DNA of 64,000 nucleotides from an uncultured Solirubrobacterales bacterium (GTDB taxonomy: Bacteria; Actinomycetota; Thermoleophilia; Solirubrobacterales; Solirubrobacteraceae). The translations under genes were made by a program, and so were the position numbers. Below the pieces are notes generated by a model. The model saw nothing but the letters and a program-made list of their open reading frames with translations. It had not been told where the DNA came from and did not search any database. Positions 28,083-37,596 of the stretch are shown piece after piece. Numbering within the stretch: position 1 is the first letter of the stretch; each line of letters starts with the position of its first letter. The DNA lies in contig CAVWAC010000003.1 of assembly GCA_963752905.1 (NCBI GenBank), positions 324,572 through 388,571 of the forward strand, written 5' to 3'.

Positions 28083-30587
28083 ATGCGCGTGCACATGCGC
28101 CGTCTCGCCCCTCTCTGTGCCCTGATCGGGCTGCTCGGGCTCGCGCTTGCCGCTCCGGCGGGCGCCGCGTCGCCGTGGCCGGAGATGCGCCACGACGCGC
28201 GCAACACCGGCCTCAGCCCGATCGTCGCCCACTATGACGGCGGCCGACCGTGGTCGCTGCGCACCGGTCGCGGCATCTTCTCCACGCCGATCATCGGCAG
28301 CGACGGGACGGTCTACGTCGGCTCCGCCGACACCTACTTCTACGCGATCGCGCCGAACGGGCGGCTGCGCTGGCGGCTGAAGACCGGCGGGATCATCGAC
28401 GCCGCCGCCGCGCTCTCGCCGTACGACCCGGCGCTCGGCTCGACCCCGCTCACCTTCGGCTCGGGCGACGAGTGGCTGTACCACATCACCACGCCCCGGT
28501 CAGGGCGGCCGCGGATCCTGTGGCGCTTTCATCCGACCAAGCCGCCGGTCGGCGGCCAGCAGGTGAGCTGGTGGGAGGGGAACGTCGCCGTCGGTCCGCA
28601 CGGCAACCTCTACGCCGGCAACACCGGCGGCACCGCGTACGCGCTGACCCCGAGCGGCCGCCTTCTGTGGACGTTCACCGGCGGGCAGTCGATCTGGACG
28701 ACGCCGGCCTTCACCGCCGACGGGTCGAGCTTCTGGGGCTCGCTCGACTTCCACGTCTACCGGCTCGACCCCTCGGGGCGGGAGGTGTGGAAGATGTTCA
28801 CCCCCGGCTACGTCGTCTCCTCACCGGCGATCGGCTCCGACGGGACGGTGTACGTCGGCTCGTTCGACTCCAAGCTCTACGCGCTCGATCCGGCCACCGG
28901 GGCGCCGCGCTGGACCTTCCAGACGAGCGACCACATCTACGCCTCCCCCGCCGTCGCGCAGGATGCCGCGGGGCACACGACCGCGATCTACATCGCCTCC
29001 GCCGACGGCTCGGTGTACGCGCTGTCGCCCTCGGGCCACCTGCTGTGGCGCTACGACACCGGCGACCCGGTCCGCTCCTCGCCCGTGCTCGGCCGGGCGC
29101 CCGCCGGCGAGCACCGGAACATCCTCTACGTCGGCTCGTCCAACGGCAAGCTCTACGCGATCGACGCCGACACCGGCCGCCGGCGGTGGTCCTACGACAC
29201 CACGCCGAGCGATCCCGCGCTGCGCGATCGCAACGACCTCAACGCCTCCCCCGCCCTCGGCCGCACCGGCGTCGTGATCGCGGGCGAGCACGGCTACGTC
29301 GACTACGTCCCCTACGACTACTGCCTGCATCGCCGCGACCCGCGCTGCTCGACGAGCCCGGCTCAGGAGCTCGGCAACGACCTCGACCGGGTGTTCCCGG
29401 TGACCGCCGGCGGCACGACCCTCGGGACGACGCACGTGCAGAACGTCTCGACGGCGACGGTGCTCAACCTGCGCCTGATCGTCCGCCGGCACGGAAGCAC
29501 GGTCAACGCCGCAATGCTCGACCCGGGCCAGCTTGTCACCGCCACCCCGCGCTTTGCCTTCACCACCCAGGAGTCGGGCGACGGCCACTACCTCTTCGTC
29601 GTGCCGACCGGCCTGCTGCGGCCCGCGACCACCTACCGCCTGCGAATCCGCGGCGCCTACACCGACAACGGCTCGCACATGGGCAACTTCGTCGCCCAGG
29701 GTCCGGTCGCGGGGCACTTCGACCAGACGCTCACCGTGCGCACCGCCCCGGCCGGCGGTCGGCTGCCGCTGGAGGCCGGCGGCAACCGGGTGAGCGCGCT
29801 GACGATCAGCCGGCTCGCGGTGCCGATGCCCGCGTTCCTGCCCTCGGTCAACCAGATCGGCTTTGACTCCTACGACTGGATCGCCTCGACGATCCGCCGC
29901 ACCGGCTCGCACGTGCTGCTGTGGGTAACCGGCGCCTACCCGGACGCCCGCGGCGTCGAGCGGATCGACCCCCACAGCGCATTCGGCTTCCCGCTCGAGG
30001 GCCGCTATCAGGGCCGTGCGCTCCAGCTCTCGAGCCCGAGCGTGCCGCTCGAGTTCAGCTTCGGCACAGTGCCGCTGCGGACGTTCGACCTCCGCGGCCA
30101 GCTCGGGCCGGGCCTCAGCTTCCGCCCCGGCGCCGCGCTGTACGCCGAGACGGTGTGCGCGAGCGTGCCCAACTACGGTGCCGAGCTCACCTTCACCGGG
30201 ATCTGCAACCCGAGCGGCGTGCTCGCAGCGAGCGGCACCTTCCTCTCGACGGCCTACCAGGGCCCCGCCGCCGAGCGGCCGTCCGGCGTCCGCCTCGCCG
30301 CGCTGAGCTTCACCCGGCCCAGCGGCGGTCGCGGCGGGAGCGTGAGCGCGGGTCTCACCGGTCCGCAGCTGCCCGGCGCGAGCCACATCGCGGCGCTGCT
30401 GCTGACGAACGCGGTGAGCGGCGCGCCGGTGAGCCTCGACCTGCGCTCGAACACGACGGTGGTGCGGGACGCGCACGGACGGATCCACGCAGTGCGGCTC
30501 GCCATCCCGGCGGGCACCGCCCTGCCGGCTCACGTCCGGATCGACGTGATCATCGACGCCTTCCCCCTCGCGACCCGCACGTTCTAG
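28083..30587 (+). CDS. Secreted PQQ-like/BamB-type beta-propeller repeat protein with C-terminal unknown domains
   Basis: Signal peptide; repeated SSPAIGSDGTVYVGSxD…LYA…RW units. Confidence 0.8.
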   Translation: MRVHMRRLAPLCALIGLLGLALAAPAGAASPWPEMRHDARNTGLSPIVAHYDGGRPWSLRTGRGIFSTPIIGSDGTVYVGSADTYFYAIAPNGRLRWRLKTGGIIDAAAALSPYDPALGSTPLTFGSGDEWLYHITTPRSGRPRILWRFHPTKPPVGGQQVSWWEGNVAVGPHGNLYAGNTGGTAYALTPSGRLLWTFTGGQSIWTTPAFTADGSSFWGSLDFHVYRLDPSGREVWKMFTPGYVVSSPAIGSDGTVYVGSFDSKLYALDPATGAPRWTFQTSDHIYASPAVAQDAAGHTTAIYIASADGSVYALSPSGHLLWRYDTGDPVRSSPVLGRAPAGEHRNILYVGSSNGKLYAIDADTGRRRWSYDTTPSDPALRDRNDLNASPALGRTGVVIAGEHGYVDYVPYDYCLHRRDPRCSTSPAQELGNDLDRVFPVTAGGTTLGTTHVQNVSTATVLNLRLIVRRHGSTVNAAMLDPGQLVTATPRFAFTTQESGDGHYLFVVPTGLLRPATTYRLRIRGAYTDNGSHMGNFVAQGPVAGHFDQTLTVRTAPAGGRLPLEAGGNRVSALTISRLAVPMPAFLPSVNQIGFDSYDWIASTIRRTGSHVLLWVTGAYPDARGVERIDPHSAFGFPLEGRYQGRALQLSSPSVPLEFSFGTVPLRTFDLRGQLGPGLSFRPGAALYAETVCASVPNYGAELTFTGICNPSGVLAASGTFLSTAYQGPAAERPSGVRLAALSFTRPSGGRGGSVSAGLTGPQLPGASHIAALLLTNAVSGAPVSLDLRSNTTVVRDAHGRIHAVRLAIPAGTALPAHVRIDVIIDAFPLATRTF

Positions 30588-30592
30588 GCGGG

Positions 30593-31549
30593 ATGGCCGG
30601 CGAGGACACCGCCCGCCCGGAGGTCACCCTCGACGTCGACGGCCGCAGCGTGCGGATCAGCAACCCTGACCGGGTCTATTTCTCCGCGCGCGGCGAGACG
30701 AAGCTCGACCTCGTCAACTACTACCTCAGCGTCGGCGAGGGGATCGTCCGCGCCCTGCGCGAGCGGCCGTGCATGCTGCATCGCTTCCCCGGCGGTGTCG
30801 GCAGCAAGAAGGTCCACCAGAAGCGGGTGCCGTCGGGCGCGCCGCCGTGGCTGGAGACGGTGCGGGTCGACTTTCCCTCCGGCCGTCATGCCGACGAGCT
30901 GTGCGTGACCGAGCTGGCCAGCGTCATCTGGGCGGTGCAGATGTCGACCGTGGAGTTCCACCCGTGGAACTCGCGCCGCGGGAACGTCGAGTGCCCGGAC
31001 GAATGGCGGATCGACATCGACCCAATGCCCGAGTGCGACTTCGACCGGGTCCGCCGCGTCGCTGCGGTCGCGCACGAGGTGCTCGACGAGCTCGGCGTCA
31101 CCGGATGGCCGAAGACCTCGGGCGGGAGCGGGATCCACATCTATGTCCGGATCGAGCCGCGCTGGGGGTTCGGGGAGCTCCGCCGAGCGGCGCTCGCCTT
31201 CGCCCGCGAGGTCGAGCGCCGGACCCCCGCCGACGCCACCACGACCTGGTGGCGCAGGGACCGCGAACCGGACAAGGCGTTCGTCGATTACAACCAGAAT
31301 GCGCGCGACCACACGATCGCCTGCGCGTACTCGGTGCGCGGTGTCGAGCACGGCAGCGTCTCGACCCCGATCGCCTGGGAGGAGATCGCCGACGTCGACC
31401 CGTCCGAGCTCACGATCGCCACCGTCCCGGACCGGTTCGCGCAGCTCGGGGACCTCCACGCCGGCATCGACGATCGCGCCTTCTCGCTCGAGCCGCTGCT
31501 CGAGTGGGCCGATCGCGACCGGCTCGAGGTGCCCGAGTCCGAGGCCTGA
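30593..31549 (+). CDS. Stand-alone LigD-type primase-polymerase (Prim-PolC/PolD-like)
   Basis: ISNPDRVYF, STVEFHPW, RIDIDP, KTSGGSGIHIY, DYNQNARD, AYSVR. Confidence 0.9.
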   Translation: MAGEDTARPEVTLDVDGRSVRISNPDRVYFSARGETKLDLVNYYLSVGEGIVRALRERPCMLHRFPGGVGSKKVHQKRVPSGAPPWLETVRVDFPSGRHADELCVTELASVIWAVQMSTVEFHPWNSRRGNVECPDEWRIDIDPMPECDFDRVRRVAAVAHEVLDELGVTGWPKTSGGSGIHIYVRIEPRWGFGELRRAALAFAREVERRTPADATTTWWRRDREPDKAFVDYNQNARDHTIACAYSVRGVEHGSVSTPIAWEEIADVDPSELTIATVPDRFAQLGDLHAGIDDRAFSLEPLLEWADRDRLEVPESEA

Positions 31550-31655
31550 CGGCGACCCGCCCATCACAGGCATGACGGCCGCCGCGCCCCGGCGCGCGGC
31601 GACCCCATGCCCGCCCCTGCCTGTTGCCCCCAGCCGGCGCCGTCACCCTCGCCCC

Positions 31656-31913
31656 CTAGCGGTGGGTGACCTGCCGCCCGCCCGCGCCGGTGGTCCGGCG
31701 GGGCGTCGCGGCTCCCGCCGGGCGGGTGCGCGACAGCCGCGCGCGGACCCGGGCGACCAGCGAGGTTCGCCGGACGCCACCCTCGCGCAGGGCCAGCTCG
31801 TGCCGCGCCCGTTGTTCGACGGCGCGCGCGCTCTCCCGCCATCGGGCCTGGCTCCCGGCGCTGACCCGCCCACCGCGGCTCAGCAACAGGAACTCGTCGT
31901 CGATGCGATACAT
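31656..31913 (-). CDS. Small Arg-rich hypothetical protein (85 aa)
   Basis: MYRIDDEFLLLSRGG…; GGAGG SD 8 nt upstream of the ATG. Confidence 0.6.
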   Translation of the reverse strand: MYRIDDEFLLLSRGGRVSAGSQARWRESARAVEQRARHELALREGGVRRTSLVARVRARLSRTRPAGAATPRRTTGAGGRQVTHR

Positions 31914-32178
31914 CGTGGGTTCCTCCGTGTCGTCTCGGGCCAGCCCGGACAGCGACCCCTCGAGCAGGGGTCATCGCCCGGGCCGGCCCGGTGTTCAGTG
32001 TCAGTTCATCCCCCCGCGTGTCACCGTCACCGAGCAGCAGTCAGTGACACTGCCGGGGCAACGGTGTGAATCGGGGTACGGCTATTGCGTGTGTTGCAGC
32101 CGGCCCTCGCGGGCGGCGCTCACATCAGGGCTGATTTGTCTCCAACTGCCATCACCTGCCATTCCGTCTCGAAGCAAC

Positions 32179-32202
32179 AAAAAAGGCGGCCCGTGGGCCG
32201 CC
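32179..32202 (-). terminator. Intrinsic terminator (attenuator terminator)
   Basis: Minus strand GGCGGCC-CACG-GGCCGCC followed by TTTTTTGTT. Confidence 0.85.
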
Positions 32203-32234
32203 CTTGCTGAAACTGCCGATGTGCGCTGGTGCTT

Positions 32235-32369
32235 TCAGCGCACCGACCTCCCAGCAAGGGCATCGCAATTCCCGCGCACGGCGAGCACCATCGAGGCATC
32301 CCGTGCTGTCGCCGAAGCGACAGCGGTCGCGATCTGAAGGACGTGGATGTTCTTGATGGGCGTGTTCAT
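32235..32369 (-). CDS. Leader peptide / uORF (44 aa), not in the ORF track
   Basis: MNTPIKNIHVLQIATAVASATARDASMVLAVRGNCDALAGRSVR; GGGAG SD; lies between a promoter and a terminator. Confidence 0.7.
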   Translation of the reverse strand: MNTPIKNIHVLQIATAVASATARDASMVLAVRGNCDALAGRSVR

Positions 32370-32394
32370 AACGTGCTCCCTACTGCTTCGGAGC

Positions 32395-32423
32395 AGGGTA
32401 ACTCACGGACCGGATGTTTGCAA
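32395..32423 (-). promoter_or_regulatory. Housekeeping sigma-type promoter
   Basis: TTGCAA - 17 nt - TACCCT upstream of the uORF. Confidence 0.75.
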
Positions 32424-32467
32424 GGTCCGCGGAGCAAAAAGTGTCACTCCACCGGGTCCGCGCCTCG

Positions 32468-33115
32468 CTACGCCTCCGCGCGAAGGTAGGCGAGCACGGC
32501 GAGCACCCGCCGGTTGTCCTCGCCCCCGGTGGGCAGCTCGAGCTTTCCGAAGATGCTCGAGACGTGCTTCTCTACCGCCCCGGACGTGACGACGAGCGTC
32601 TCGGCGATCGCCTGGTTGGAGCGGCCCTCGGCCATCAGCGCGAGCACCTCGCGCTCGCGGGGGGTGAGGCTGTCGATCGCGCTCGAGCGCCGGCGGGCGA
32701 GGATCTGCGCGACGACCTCGGGGTCGAGCACGGTGCCGCCGCCGGCGACGCGCCGGACGGCCGCGACGAACTCCTCGACGTCGGCTACCCGGTCCTTGAG
32801 GAGATAGCCGATTCCACCCTTGCCGTCGGCAAGCAGCTCGGCGGCGTAGGTCTGCTCGACGTGCTGGGAGAGGATGAGCACCGGCAGCCCCGGCTGGCGC
32901 TCGCGCGCGGCGAGGGCGGCGCGCAGACCCTCGTCGCGGAAGCTCGGCGGCAGCCGCACATCGACGACGCACACGTCCGGCTTGTGGCCGAACGCGGCGG
33001 ACACGAAGCGATCGCCATCGGCGACGGCCGCGACGACCTCCATCCCGTTGTCCTGCAGCAGCCGGGTCAGCCCGTCGCGGAGCAGCGCGAGGTCCTCACA
33101 GATCACGACGCGCAC
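32468..33115 (-). CDS. NarL/LuxR family response regulator
   Basis: MRVVICED, VVDVRLPP, YLLKDR, LTPREREVLALMAEGRSN. Confidence 0.95.
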   Translation of the reverse strand: MRVVICEDLALLRDGLTRLLQDNGMEVVAAVADGDRFVSAAFGHKPDVCVVDVRLPPSFRDEGLRAALAARERQPGLPVLILSQHVEQTYAAELLADGKGGIGYLLKDRVADVEEFVAAVRRVAGGGTVLDPEVVAQILARRRSSAIDSLTPREREVLALMAEGRSNQAIAETLVVTSGAVEKHVSSIFGKLELPTGGEDNRRVLAVLAYLRAEA

Positions 33116-34347
33116 GGCAGCTCCGCGCGGACGACCGTCGGACCGCCGGGGGGACTGTCGACGCTCAGGGTTCCGTCGAGCGCGGCGACGCGCTTGCGCA
33201 ATCCGGCGAGGCCCGAGCCCTCGGGGTCAGCGCCGCCGCGGCCGTCGTCGACAATCTCGGCGACGAGCTCGCGGCTCGGGCCCTCCCAGACGTGGACGGA
33301 GATCCGCGTCGCGGCGGCGTGCTTGCGCGCGTTGGCCAGCGCCTCGGCGACGACGAAGTACACGGCGGTCTCGCGCGGGCCGGCGGCGTCGCCGGGCAGC
33401 TCGACGGCGAGCTCGACCGGGGGCGTGCGGCCCGAGACGAGCGCGGTCAGCGCCGCGTCGAGTCCGCGGTCCTGGAGGATGCTCGGACCGATCCCCCGCA
33501 CGAGCGCGCGGAGCTCGGCCATCGCGGCCTGGGCCTGACCGCGCGCGTTGCTGACGTGCTCGAGCGCGGTGTCCGGATCGGCCTGGGCCAGTCGCTGCTC
33601 GGCCATGCCGAGGTCCATGGCGAGCGCGACGAGGCGCGCCTGAGCGCCGTCATGCAGGTCCCGCTCGACGCGCTGGAGCTCGGTCGTGGCGGCGTCGACG
33701 GCGCCCGCGCGCGTCTCCGAGAGCGTCTGCACGCGCTCCTCGAGCACCCGGCGGCCGGGGCCGAGCAGCGCCGCCGCCACCTGGGCCTGGAGCAGCGCGG
33801 TCCAGCGCACGACCCACGCGGCAGCGATCGCCGCGGCGGGCGCGATCAGCGGGCCGGCGATCGAGACGAGCACGACGTGAGCGTGAATCCATCCCGGTAG
33901 CGACCAGGCCCAGATCGGCAGCGTGAGCAGCGCGAGGGTGGTCGTCCAGACGGTGACGGCGACCGTGAACGCGAGCACACCGAGGGGCAGTGAGACGAGC
34001 ATCCACACGGCGTCCAGCCACGTCTGGCGATCGCCGAGCACCGACAGCAGCCGAACGATCGTCCCCTCGCCCTTCGGCGGTGCGTAGACCGCGGCCACCG
34101 GCCGCCGCAGGACGCTCGCCGTCCGTGCCCGCTCGAACCCGCACCACCAGCGGTCGACGTGGGCGATGAGCACGGCAAGCGGCAGGCCGACGACGAGGAT
34201 GATCATCCCGAGCGCCATCGACGCCCCGGTCACGAGGAACGTGAACGCGGCGATCCCCGTGATGAGCGACACGAGGAGATAGAACGTCTCGCGCCAGCAC
34301 GCGGCGGTCAGGGGACGGCGGCAGACAGTGGCAAACGTCGGAGGCAC
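33103..34347 (-). CDS. Sensor histidine kinase (HisKA_3) with putative sensor TM domain (start approximate)
   Basis: ERDLHDGAQARLV, VVAEALANARKHA, DDGRGGA, GSGLAGL. Confidence 0.92.
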   Translation of the reverse strand: MPPTFATVCRRPLTAACWRETFYLLVSLITGIAAFTFLVTGASMALGMIILVVGLPLAVLIAHVDRWWCGFERARTASVLRRPVAAVYAPPKGEGTIVRLLSVLGDRQTWLDAVWMLVSLPLGVLAFTVAVTVWTTTLALLTLPIWAWSLPGWIHAHVVLVSIAGPLIAPAAAIAAAWVVRWTALLQAQVAAALLGPGRRVLEERVQTLSETRAGAVDAATTELQRVERDLHDGAQARLVALAMDLGMAEQRLAQADPDTALEHVSNARGQAQAAMAELRALVRGIGPSILQDRGLDAALTALVSGRTPPVELAVELPGDAAGPRETAVYFVVAEALANARKHAAATRISVHVWEGPSRELVAEIVDDGRGGADPEGSGLAGLRKRVAALDGTLSVDSPPGGPTVVRAELPCAS

Positions 34348-34512
34348 CGGCAAAGGATCGCCCGCCGGACGGCTGCGCGCAATGCGGCCGGCCACCGGTT
34401 GCACTCTGCGGTTTTCCCCACCCCGATACGCCAGCTGCCGTCCTGGCCGCAGTCGGCATCCGGTGGGACCGTGGCGGCAGCGCAGAGAAATGCCGACCGG
34501 GAGGAGTCCGTC

Positions 34513-36705
34513 ATGTCAGTGTCCAACCTCGCCGCCCGCGCCGGGGCGTGGAGTGCCCGCCACCGCCGCCTTGCCATCGCCGGCTGGCTCACGTTCGTGA
34601 TCGTCGCCGCCGTCGCCGGCGGCGCCCTGGGCACGAAGATCGACACGCACGAGGGCAGCGGCGAATCCGGCCGGGTCGACACCTTCCTGCGCGCCCACCT
34701 GCCGCAGTCCTACTCGGAGCGGATCCTCATTCAGTCCCGCGCCGGCCGGCTTGGAAACACGCCGGCGTTCGGCGCGGCGGTGCGCGACCTCGTCGCCCGC
34801 CTGAGACCGATCCCGTACGTCCGCGATCTGCAGGCGCCGGCCGCGTCCGGTCAGGGCGGGACGGTCTCACGTGACGGGCGCTCGGCGCTCGTCAGCCTCG
34901 AGCTCGGCCAGCGCGGCGACGTCAACCGTGTCCTCGGGGCGACCGCGGCCACCGCCCGCGACCATCCGTCGCTACGGATCGAGGAGTTCGGCGACGCGAG
35001 CGCCAACCAGGCGCTCAACCGCTCGCTCGGCCAGGACTTCACCCGGGCCGAGACGCTGTCGCTGCCGATCACGTTGCTCATCCTCGTCGTCGCCTTCGGC
35101 TCACTCGTGGCCGCGGGCGTGCCGATGCTGCTTGGCCTCACCGCCGTGGGCGCCACGCTCGGCCTCGTCGGCGCCGTCTCGCAGCTCCTGCCGATGGACG
35201 GCTCGATCAACTCCGTCGTCCTGCTGATCGGCCTCGCCGTCGGCGTCGACTACTCCCTGTTCTATCTCCGCCGCGAGCGGGAGGAGCGAGCCGCGGGAGC
35301 CGACGAGCGCGCGGCGCTGCAGGCCGCGGCGGCGACCTCCGGGCACGCGATCGTGGTCAGCGGTCTCACGGTGATCGTCGCGATGGCGGGGATGTTCTTT
35401 GCCGGGTCGCGCACGTTCTCGTCGTTCGCCGTCGGCACGATCATGGTCGTGGCGGTGGCTGTGCTCGGCTCGCTGACCGTGCTCCCGGCGGTGATGAGCG
35501 CGCTCGGTCACCGGATCGAGAAGGGCCGGATCCCGGTCCTCCACCGGCTTCGGCGCGCCGACCGCCAGTCGCGGGTGTGGAGCGCCGTCCTGCGCCCGGT
35601 GATGTGTCACCCCGGCCCCTCCGCGGCGATCAGCGCGCTCGCGCTGCTCGCCCTCACGCTGCCGGTGCTGGGCATGCACACGGCGCTCCCCGGCACCGGA
35701 TCGCTGCCCCGGAGCATCCCGATCATGCGCACCTATGACCGGATCGAGGCGGCCTTCCCCGGCGGCCCGGCGCCCGCCGTCGTCGGCATCCTCGCCCGTG
35801 ACGTGCAGGCGCCTGCGGTCCAGGGCGCGGTCGCGCGCCTGCTCGCGCAGGCGCGCCGCGCGCCCGGCCTGCACCGGCCGATCGGCATACAGCACAGCGG
35901 CGACGGGCGCGTGGAGACGATCTCGATCCCGATCGCCGGCGGCGGAACCGACGCCCGCTCGGATGCGGCGCTGGCCCGGCTACGGGCGATCACGCGCTCG
36001 ACGGTGGGTGCGCTGCCGGGTGTCGAAGCCGGCGTCACCGGCATGACCGCGGGGACGGCCGACTTCAACGCCGTGATGGACTCCCACCTGGCGATCGTCT
36101 TCGCCTTCGTGCTCGGGATGGCGTTCCTGCTGCTGCTCGTGAGCTTCCGCTCGGTGGTCATCCCGCTGCAGGCGATCGTGCTCAACCTGCTCTCCGTCGG
36201 CGCGGCCTACGGCCTGCTCGTCCTCGTCTTCCAGGACGGACACCTCCATGGGCTGCTCGGCTTCGAGGGCCGCAGCGAGATCACCTCGTGGCTGCCGCTG
36301 TTCCTGTTCGTCGTGCTCTTCGGCCTCTCGATGGACTACCACGTGTTCATCCTCAGCCGCGTGCGCGAGGGGATCGAGCGCGGCCTCGACGCCCGCGAGG
36401 CGACACTGCGCGGCGTGCGCAGCACGGCCGGTGTGGTGACCAGCGCGGCGTTCGTGATGGTCGGCGTGTTCGCGATCTTCGGGACGCTGCGGATGATCGA
36501 GTTCAAGCAGCTCGGGGTTGGCCTCGCCGCGGCGATCCTCATCGACGCGACGGTCATCCGCGGCGTGCTGCTGCCGGCGACACTCGCCTTGCTCGGGGAG
36601 CGCGCGTGGTACCTGCCGGCGTGGTTGGCGTGGCTGCCGCGCCCCGCACGTCCTGTCCGGACGCGACCGGCGCGTCAGGCCGTCGAGCCGTCGGTCGCGA
36701 GCTGA
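34513..36705 (+). CDS. MMPL family (RND-like) transporter
   Basis: GLAVGVDYSLFYLRRERE, FGLSMDYHVFILSRVRE, LIDATVIRGVLLPA; GAGGAG SD. Confidence 0.93.
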   Translation: MSVSNLAARAGAWSARHRRLAIAGWLTFVIVAAVAGGALGTKIDTHEGSGESGRVDTFLRAHLPQSYSERILIQSRAGRLGNTPAFGAAVRDLVARLRPIPYVRDLQAPAASGQGGTVSRDGRSALVSLELGQRGDVNRVLGATAATARDHPSLRIEEFGDASANQALNRSLGQDFTRAETLSLPITLLILVVAFGSLVAAGVPMLLGLTAVGATLGLVGAVSQLLPMDGSINSVVLLIGLAVGVDYSLFYLRREREERAAGADERAALQAAAATSGHAIVVSGLTVIVAMAGMFFAGSRTFSSFAVGTIMVVAVAVLGSLTVLPAVMSALGHRIEKGRIPVLHRLRRADRQSRVWSAVLRPVMCHPGPSAAISALALLALTLPVLGMHTALPGTGSLPRSIPIMRTYDRIEAAFPGGPAPAVVGILARDVQAPAVQGAVARLLAQARRAPGLHRPIGIQHSGDGRVETISIPIAGGGTDARSDAALARLRAITRSTVGALPGVEAGVTGMTAGTADFNAVMDSHLAIVFAFVLGMAFLLLLVSFRSVVIPLQAIVLNLLSVGAAYGLLVLVFQDGHLHGLLGFEGRSEITSWLPLFLFVVLFGLSMDYHVFILSRVREGIERGLDAREATLRGVRSTAGVVTSAAFVMVGVFAIFGTLRMIEFKQLGVGLAAAILIDATVIRGVLLPATLALLGERAWYLPAWLAWLPRPARPVRTRPARQAVEPSVAS

Positions 36706-37571
36706 GCGAGCGCAATCGCGCCGAGCACGCCGGCGTCGTCGCCGAGCTCCGGCGCGACGAGGTAGTCGTCGATCGCCTCGCCGAGCAGCGGGCTCTCGAG
36801 GTAGCCGCCGACGAGCTCGGCGAGCCGCGCGCGCACGGCGGGCAGCAGCCCGGGGCGCTCCATCACCCCGCCACCGGCGATCACCCGCTCGGGCGAGGCG
36901 ACCATGACGATGGCGAGGATGCCGAGCGCGATGTACTCGGCGGCGAGCGCCCAGGCCGGATGACCGTCGGGCAGGTCACGGGGATCGGCGTCGAAGCGCT
37001 TGGCGATCGCCGGACCCGCGGCCAGCCCCTCCCAGCAGTCGCCGTGGAGGGGGCAGACGCCGTCGAACGGGTCGCGCTCGCGATCGTGGGGGATGCGCAG
37101 GTGTCCGACCTCGGGGTGGATGAGTCCATGGACGGGGCGGCCGTCGAGGAGCAGCCCGGCCCCGATCCCCGTCCCGACGGTTAGGTAGCAGAGGCTCGAG
37201 ATCCCGCGCCCGGCACCCCAGCGGTGCTCGCCGACCGCCGCGGCGTTGACGTCGGTGTCGAAGCTGACGGGCACGCCGAGGCGCGCCGCGAGCGTCGGCG
37301 CGAGCGGGGTGTGCTGCCATCCCGGCTTCGGCGTCGTCGTCACGTACCCCCACGTCGGCGAGTCGAGGCGCAGGTCGAGCGGCCCAAAGGCGCCGATGCC
37401 GATCCGCTCACACCGCGGCTGACCGGCGAAGAACTCGGCGATCCGCTCGATCGTCTCCGGCGGCGAGCCGGTGCGGAAACGGGCGTCGGCCCCGATCTCG
37501 CCCGCCACGTTCCCGACGCCGCACACGCACCACGTCCCGCCCGTCTCGACGCCACCGAAGCACCGTGTCAT
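36675..37571 (-). CDS. ROK family fructokinase
   Basis: GGVETGGT, FDTDVNAAA, TVGTGIGAG, HPEVGH, CPLHGDCWEGLAAG. Confidence 0.9.
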   Translation of the reverse strand: MTRCFGGVETGGTWCVCGVGNVAGEIGADARFRTGSPPETIERIAEFFAGQPRCERIGIGAFGPLDLRLDSPTWGYVTTTPKPGWQHTPLAPTLAARLGVPVSFDTDVNAAAVGEHRWGAGRGISSLCYLTVGTGIGAGLLLDGRPVHGLIHPEVGHLRIPHDRERDPFDGVCPLHGDCWEGLAAGPAIAKRFDADPRDLPDGHPAWALAAEYIALGILAIVMVASPERVIAGGGVMERPGLLPAVRARLAELVGGYLESPLLGEAIDDYLVAPELGDDAGVLGAIALAQLATDGSTA

Positions 37572-37596
37572 CCCTCAATCATGACCGGACGGCGGT

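Noticed and set aside
30593-31549. Complete NHEJ locus
   Set aside because: No Ku, ligase or phosphoesterase domain in the gene or its neighbours
32235-32369. Leader peptide as a RiPP precursor or an amino-acid biosynthesis leader
   Set aside because: No modification enzymes nearby, no run of regulatory codons and no biosynthetic gene downstream; the terminator/antiterminator geometry explains it better
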